DNA of 63,948 nucleotides, the filler included, from Pelomyxa schiedti (lineage: Eukaryota; Protista; Evosea), in the NCBI GenBank assembly GCA_020536535.1. It is 10 parts of 10 records of this genome, joined end to end, with 100 filler letters (N's around TTAATTAATTAA, not from the genome) between each part and the next. Parts side by side here need not be neighbours in the genome. Positions count along the whole stretch, not along the records: positions 47,629 to 60,050 come from JAHLWZ010000074.1; positions 60,151 to 62,826 come from JAHLWZ010001925.1; positions 62,927 to 63,948 come from JAHLWZ010002990.1; 7 more parts are not named here. One strand, 5' to 3'. The notes under the pieces were generated by a model. The model made no database searches. It was not told the origin of the DNA and worked only from the letters and a program-made list of their open reading frames with translations. Below are positions 58,612-63,948 of this stretch, one piece after another (within the stretch, counting starts at the first letter, position 1; the number at the start of each line of letters is the position of its first letter). The position numbers and the translations under genes were made by a program.

Positions 58612-58687
58612 GCTGTACCCGAAATTCGAACTCGCAATTCAAAATTGTTCACAAGGAAAACCATCAGGACAACACGGCTTCGCGAAA

Positions 58688-58837
58688 ATGGACCCACGTG
58701 GAAACGTCACGGCTGCGGAACCAGGTGTTACGGCCGGGACTGTGGCCCTCGACACATCCGCCGAGGTCGAAGGGGGGCAGACGTCACCCCACAACCATGC
58801 CGGCGACAGCGGCGACCCCGCTGGCAACGATGATGAT

Positions 58838-58869
<32 letters not shown>

Positions 58870-60050
58870 TGACGATGACGAGGACAACAATGAGAACGTT
58901 GAAGAAGAAGAGGACGACGATGACGAAGATGATGATGATGGTCCGGAGATGTTGTGGCACGCGTGCCATGACCAAAATGTTGATGGTGTAATGGGCCTCA
59001 TAAGGGACAAAGTTGCCGACGTAAGTCTAGTCTCTGGGGATATCGACAATCGACAAATTGCTCACTCACTCACCCCCACCCTTATTATTGATAAAAACAC
59101 CAAACAGTCACTACAAGGTCAACACAGTATTTGAAGATGGGAGCACTCCTATGCACTGGGCTTGGTGTGTTGTTATTTACTGTGTTTGGAAGGTGGCCTC
59201 TCTCTCACGCTGTTAACCACTCTTAAATATTTAGTTACCAGGGACATCTGGCACTTGCAAAGTTTTTGCTTGCAAATGGTGCTCTTCTTGAAGTGTTAAC
59301 GAATATTGAAGGACAGTGCGTACTGGGACCTCAATTTATCTCCCAAAGATAACTCTTGAAAGGTCACCTTTACACTGGGCTGCAATATCTGGTTTTATTC
59401 CGATTGTTCACTGGCTAATTAGTGAGGTTCATACTGTCATTTGAGTTCATCTAAGTAATAATTAGGGTGCTGATTACAGAAGACCGGACAAGCGTGGGTA
59501 CACCGCTCTCCATCATGCTGTCCAGCACGGCAAGGGACTTTGTGTCCACTACCTATTACAAAGAGGAATGTCAGTTGAAACTCCTGGTTTGGTCTCCTTT
59601 CGAGGGAGTATTTACGGACTGACTGCGCAGACCGTGTGGGTCAAACCTCTCTTCACTGGGCTGCATATCAGGGTTTTGCGGGACTGACTAGATACATACT
59701 TGGTAAAGGAGTATGCCAATCATTTTTTTCTGTGGTTCCCTGACACTAGTAAGGCCTCAGTTGACAAGAGAGATAATAGCGGTTGTACAGCTCTTCAATG
59801 GGCAGCAACAAAAGGCCACCTTCCAGTTGTGAAGGTGAGTGTGATTATGCTGTGCTGTAACTAAAACCACCTAAAAAGATTCTCATTGCACATGGTGCCC
59901 AAATACATCACATGAAGTATGCCCTTCCTTTCCTCCTGACCCTACATTTAAGTCCCACCCAGATACACAATCGAGTCACTTGCAAGGAATGAGAGGAATG
60001 TTGATGTTGCGAGATATCTTTTAAACACAGCAGAGCACAGACCCCCAGAG
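58688..60050 (+). CDS. Ankyrin-repeat N-terminus resembling Akr1/ZDHHC17 palmitoyltransferases, with a poly-Asp/Glu tract; 3' end truncated
   Basis: Spliced repeats STPMHWAC, SPLHWAA, GYTALHHAV, TSLHWAAYQG and TALQWAATKGH. No DHHC domain is visible before the contig end. Confidence 0.7.
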
Positions 60051-60150
60051 NNNNNNNNNNNNNNNNNNNNNNNNNNNNNNNNNNNNNNNNNNNNTTAATT
60101 AATTAANNNNNNNNNNNNNNNNNNNNNNNNNNNNNNNNNNNNNNNNNNNN

Positions 60151-60592
60151 GCTTTTCCTCTCACAACCCCAATGAGGAGGATACCATCAGCAGTACAAAC
60201 CCACACAGCAAACCATTAACAACAACAAGGCCTCACCCTGTATTGACCTCACAGTCCTCATCATGCTCGTCCGTTATGCCCACGAGGAATTTGACACCAT
60301 TGGCTGCAGTAAACAGCCCAGTGTGCATTGAATGTGATGAGAGGCCACCAAACGTGCAGTTCCAGCCCTGTGGTCACGTTGTTCTATGCTCTAAGGTGTG
60401 GCTGTGGTTCTTTCTGGCCTTTCTTCTTACACACAAAAAAAAAACCAAAATAGTGTGCCGATGTAATAAGGAAGTGCCCTCACTGTCGTGCCCCTATCAA
60501 GGAAAAAAATGGGATATCAACTTCGGGAGTTTAAAAGTCCCCGATGCGATCTGGAACATGAAACAAATCGAAGCTGTGGGATTGCCAGCTAA
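60151..60592 (+). CDS. 3' end of a gene with a C-terminal RING-HC finger
   Basis: CIEC...PCGH..LCSK|CAD..KCPHC, joined through intron 60396-60453; stop at 60590-60592. Confidence 0.8.
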
Positions 60593-61191
60593 CACAGCTC
60601 AGAAACTCACGAAACGCCTCAGAAAGCGACCAACGCCAAAAAATACACATTGCTTTTGAATATAAGAAGCAATTCCACAGCACAAAAACGATGCACCATG
60701 CAGTGGTCTGTAGGCGGGATTGGTGGAATCACTTTTGGAAGTGTTTGTAGGCAATTTGGACGCCTCAGAGCCATCATCAATTTGATCAAATCTCTTATTT
60801 TTTTCCTCTTTTAATAAAAATTGAATGGGTAATTTTTTCTCTTTTCCAAAAATGAAAGAAAAAAAGCTGGAGTAGTCTGTGGGAGCCTGGTCGCCAGTGA
60901 TATCGTCTGAAGCCAATAGTAATACCACTGCACCACATCCTCGACAGCCACAACAAATGGGTCAGCATCCCACCCAACATGGAGACAAACTTCCTCCCCA
61001 GGCAAAAGCAACCTAACAGATGGTATCACAACTCCAGTAAAGGGAATAGAATTACTTTGCAGATAGCTCAGTTTTGAGGTAGTTATCCAAATCAACCTTT
61101 ATACCGGATAAACTTTGAACATAGTTCGACCTCACTTGAGGTGAAGACTGGATTTCTGGCAACAAATCGACCTGGAAGCAACAAGTCATAC

Positions 61192-62397
61192 AAGAAACTC
61201 TGGGAAGTCATGAAGGAGCACCAGCAGTACACGCAAGGTTCCTTTATACAACATCCTTATGGCTTCGTTCATCTCTGCACTGTGCAAATAGGGTTCCATA
61301 AACTTGAGCAATTCAACAAGAAGTCTTTGCATCATCACCCAGCCCTACAGAGATTGAGAACCAGGTTATTTTCTTAAAACAAAGAAACCTTTTGTCCTCT
61401 TGTATATATATATATGTATATATATAGTAAAACAGTAACTTCGGCATAAACATCCAACCAGGCAAACATGACTCTGGCATTACACCCGTTTAAAGTACCC
61501 AAGTCGGAAGTAGGGTCTTTGGTTGAACTGTTTTAGTGTGAGCGAGGTAAAAACTAAACTAAAACAGCTCAACCTTTCCGCTCCTCCTGGTCTTTCTGCA
61601 AAACATTGGCAACAATTCCCATGATACGATTCGGCATAGCCCCATTGGCTGCCACATGTGGTTCTGGGATGAACTTTGTAACAAGTACCACAATCAGCTT
61701 CCCAAAGGCATCAACTTGTTGGTACTGGTGTAGAATGAGACCTTCTCAAAATAAATTACAATGATATGGGAATCTGACGTGGGTTCCCTAAAGCCAGTAA
61801 CTATGCACACATAGCTTCACAGTCAGACTCTAACTCCCCAAACTACTTACGATACCAAGGAAGGATTGTGCAGTGTTCAAAGTAAATCCTTAAAACATGG
61901 ACATGTGAATACAAAACATCAATGGATGGTTGATTACCTTTAACGGTAAATCTTTCGACAAAATGGGTTTGTTTCTTACAGAGTGCTCAACTGCAAGCCA
62001 GTCCCCCAGTTCTCGTAAGAACTCTCTTTCAGGTGACACTTCAGCAGCAATTTCATTTGAATTTGGGAGAGAGTATATGTGTGAGAGAAAGGTGACTCAA
62101 TCCATCTACAAATGATGTGCACAGTGACACGTTCGTAGTTTCAGCACATAGCCGTTTGGAAACCAGGTATTGAGCCACGTAGTCCATGTAATCTGGCTTG
62201 AGAAGTTCTCTCATTTCATACACCTTATCGGATTTAGCAAACTGAAGCATGCCATAAATATTTACCTTGACGTCCAAATTGGTTGGTTCCAAGTTGTTAA
62301 TCAAAAAGTGTATCCTATCGATGACGGATGTCAGGGGAGTGCACTGTGAAATCTCGGTTGGTGCAGGAGTGTATGAAGATAGTACAAAGTGGTCCAC
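61192..62397 (-). pseudogene. CNOT1: Internally deleted, frame-disrupted CNOT1/NOT1 copy
   Basis: MIF4G motifs DRIHFLINNL and FLRELGDWLAVEHSVRNKPIL lie about 200 nt from the C-terminal NOT1-domain motifs VDAFGKLIVVLV, QFNQRPYFRL and LYKGTLRVLLVLLHDFPEFL. An in-frame TGA follows the intron after LPLK. Confidence 0.75.
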
Positions 62398-62926
62398 GAC
62401 TGTTTGCTGTGATTCTGAGTGTGACTGGCGAACTGGATAGAAGTCGCGGCCTGTCTTCAGATCTTGAAGGTGCTACCAGTGGAGACATAGCTGAAAGTGG
62501 TTTGGGTGGCGTTTTGGTTGCAGAGAATCATTTCCTTCGAAAATGGTGATGTTCTCTGAGCTTTCCCCCTGTAACCTTGTGAAATATCACCACTCTTTGA
62601 AACTGCACGTAGGTCAGCCGACCCAATTTCATTGGTTACACATGTCTCTTCCTGCGAAGATGGGCTCTCCATGGGTTTGTTTTGCACTTGTACGTGAGTG
62701 CGTGGTAAATCTCCTTCACCTGTAGCAATTTTCATGGAAGTCAGAGGCTGCGATTGAGATTGATGGGGAAGTGTCGACTCGACCCGCAAGTGTGGAATCT
62801 GGATAAGATTGTTAAAAGTGATGAAANNNNNNNNNNNNNNNNNNNNNNNNNNNNNNNNNNNNNNNNNNNNTTAATTAATTAANNNNNNNNNNNNNNNNNN
62901 NNNNNNNNNNNNNNNNNNNNNNNNNN

Positions 62927-63333
62927 GCAGACGCCGACGACGAAATAGATGTAGCCGACGAGGCGTTTTCTTTCGCCGGTCTACGCCGATCCGTCGCCAC
63001 CGCCGTTTCCGCCTCCGCTTCCACTTCCATGCCTCTTTCTGTAGCTTTTCTTCTGTCGCGGTTTCCTACGTCGCCGTCGTCGCCGTCGCCTTCGGCTTCG
63101 TCGTCGTCGTCGGTGACGGCGATCGGGGCGTGCGATTCTGGCCGAGGCGGACGCGGCGACGGCGACGGCGACGAAGATGGAGATGGCGTGTCGTTGTTAC
63201 TCCCGCTGCGCGGTCGCTTGTGCCCCGCTACGCACACGGCAGATCCGCCGCCTACGTTTTTATGTTGGTGCTGTTGTTGTGTGGCTGTGGTCTTGTTGTT
63301 GTCGGCGGACGATGACTTGTGGTTGTTCATCAT
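62927..63333 (-). CDS. 5' low-complexity part of a hypothetical gene (MMNNHKSSSADNN...), truncated at the contig edge
   Basis: ATG-started GC-rich open frame running into the spacer. Confidence 0.4.
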
Positions 63334-63339
63334 TAATGC

Positions 63340-63948
63340 GCGTGCGATAGCGACACGCAGATCGCAAATGTGCGGGGATTGGAAATGTTTCTGATGATGG
63401 GGTATCTTCTGGGAAGACTGTTCGCAGTTTCCAAGGGGCTTGTGTGCCGTTGGCAACAACACGTGACCAACTTGGGGCGCAGCCAGCTCCTTTGGGCTCT
63501 TCAGTCTAACAACAACTACTATGGCAGAAGTGCCAATGGTGATGCCACAGCAAATTAACACCAAAATGGTTCTTGTGACTTCTGCTGGAGGTGAACCCTG
63601 TGGAGGGCGCCAGCCGCTGCGTGATTGACCAGGCTGGTGTTCTTGGCTCTGTTTCCTTGTGCCTTGCAGCCCTTGCATTGGCGATGGCGTGGATGGGGAG
63701 GAGGCGTATCTTCTGTTGTACAGCTTGGGCAAGAGGTTTACTGGAGGGCGTTGCTACAGGGTTCCACTGGGCCTTTCTGGTGGAGAGCGTGTTGTTACCA
63801 GCTCCATGGAGTTCAACAAGCAAACCCCTGATGAGGTGTTGCTGGTTCTCAACAAGGTGGAGAGGCCATCAATCATGGTGATCGACATCGAGAAGACCCT
63901 CAGGTGTTCTCAGCATCACATCGTGCACAAGGGGGGGGGGGGGGGGGG
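63340..63948 (+). pseudogene. Frameshifted remnant of the expanded intronless family
   Basis: EFNKQTPDEVLLVL...IMVIDIEKT resembles the family's F.P..DE.LL....VVD motif, but the upstream frames are broken. Confidence 0.35.

Noticed and set aside
63931-63948. Terminal poly-G as a G-quadruplex or telomere-like element
   Set aside because: A pure G-run at the sequence end is a common sequencing or assembly artefact, and there is no repeat unit.

Overview
This is eukaryotic (protist) genomic DNA from a fragmented assembly, not one locus. Nine artificial 44N-TTAATTAATTAA-44N spacers join ten unrelated contigs/scaffolds, and there are four plain 100-N gaps. Genes are dense, with short (about 40-120 nt) mostly GT-AG introns. 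The gene families resemble an archamoeba such as Pelomyxa; that is my recollection and I have not verified it. Recognisable genes: a bacterial-type nitroreductase, the actin 3' end, a Mon1/HPS1-like protein, a CAP-domain protein, a 7-kb IPT/TIG receptor kinase, an F-box+cyclin protein, two tRNA-Leu genes, the last exon of a beta-tubulin, a MORN-kinase missing catalytic exons, a piggyBac-like transposase remnant, BUB2, a Rab5/22-family GTPase, an SLC13 transporter, an Akr1/ZDHHC17-like ankyrin protein and an internally deleted CNOT1. The most striking features are: (1) an 8.2-kb inverted duplication carrying two head-to-head, intronless, slightly diverged NRPS C-A-T modules; (2) a predicted 3-nt microexon and a predicted 6-nt microexon (the latter followed by a GC-AG intron), each completing an invariant GTPase or kinase motif; (3) a cyclin F-like architecture. 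Exact 121-nt overlaps at many contig ends and gaps show that several apparent duplications are de Bruijn assembly artefacts.
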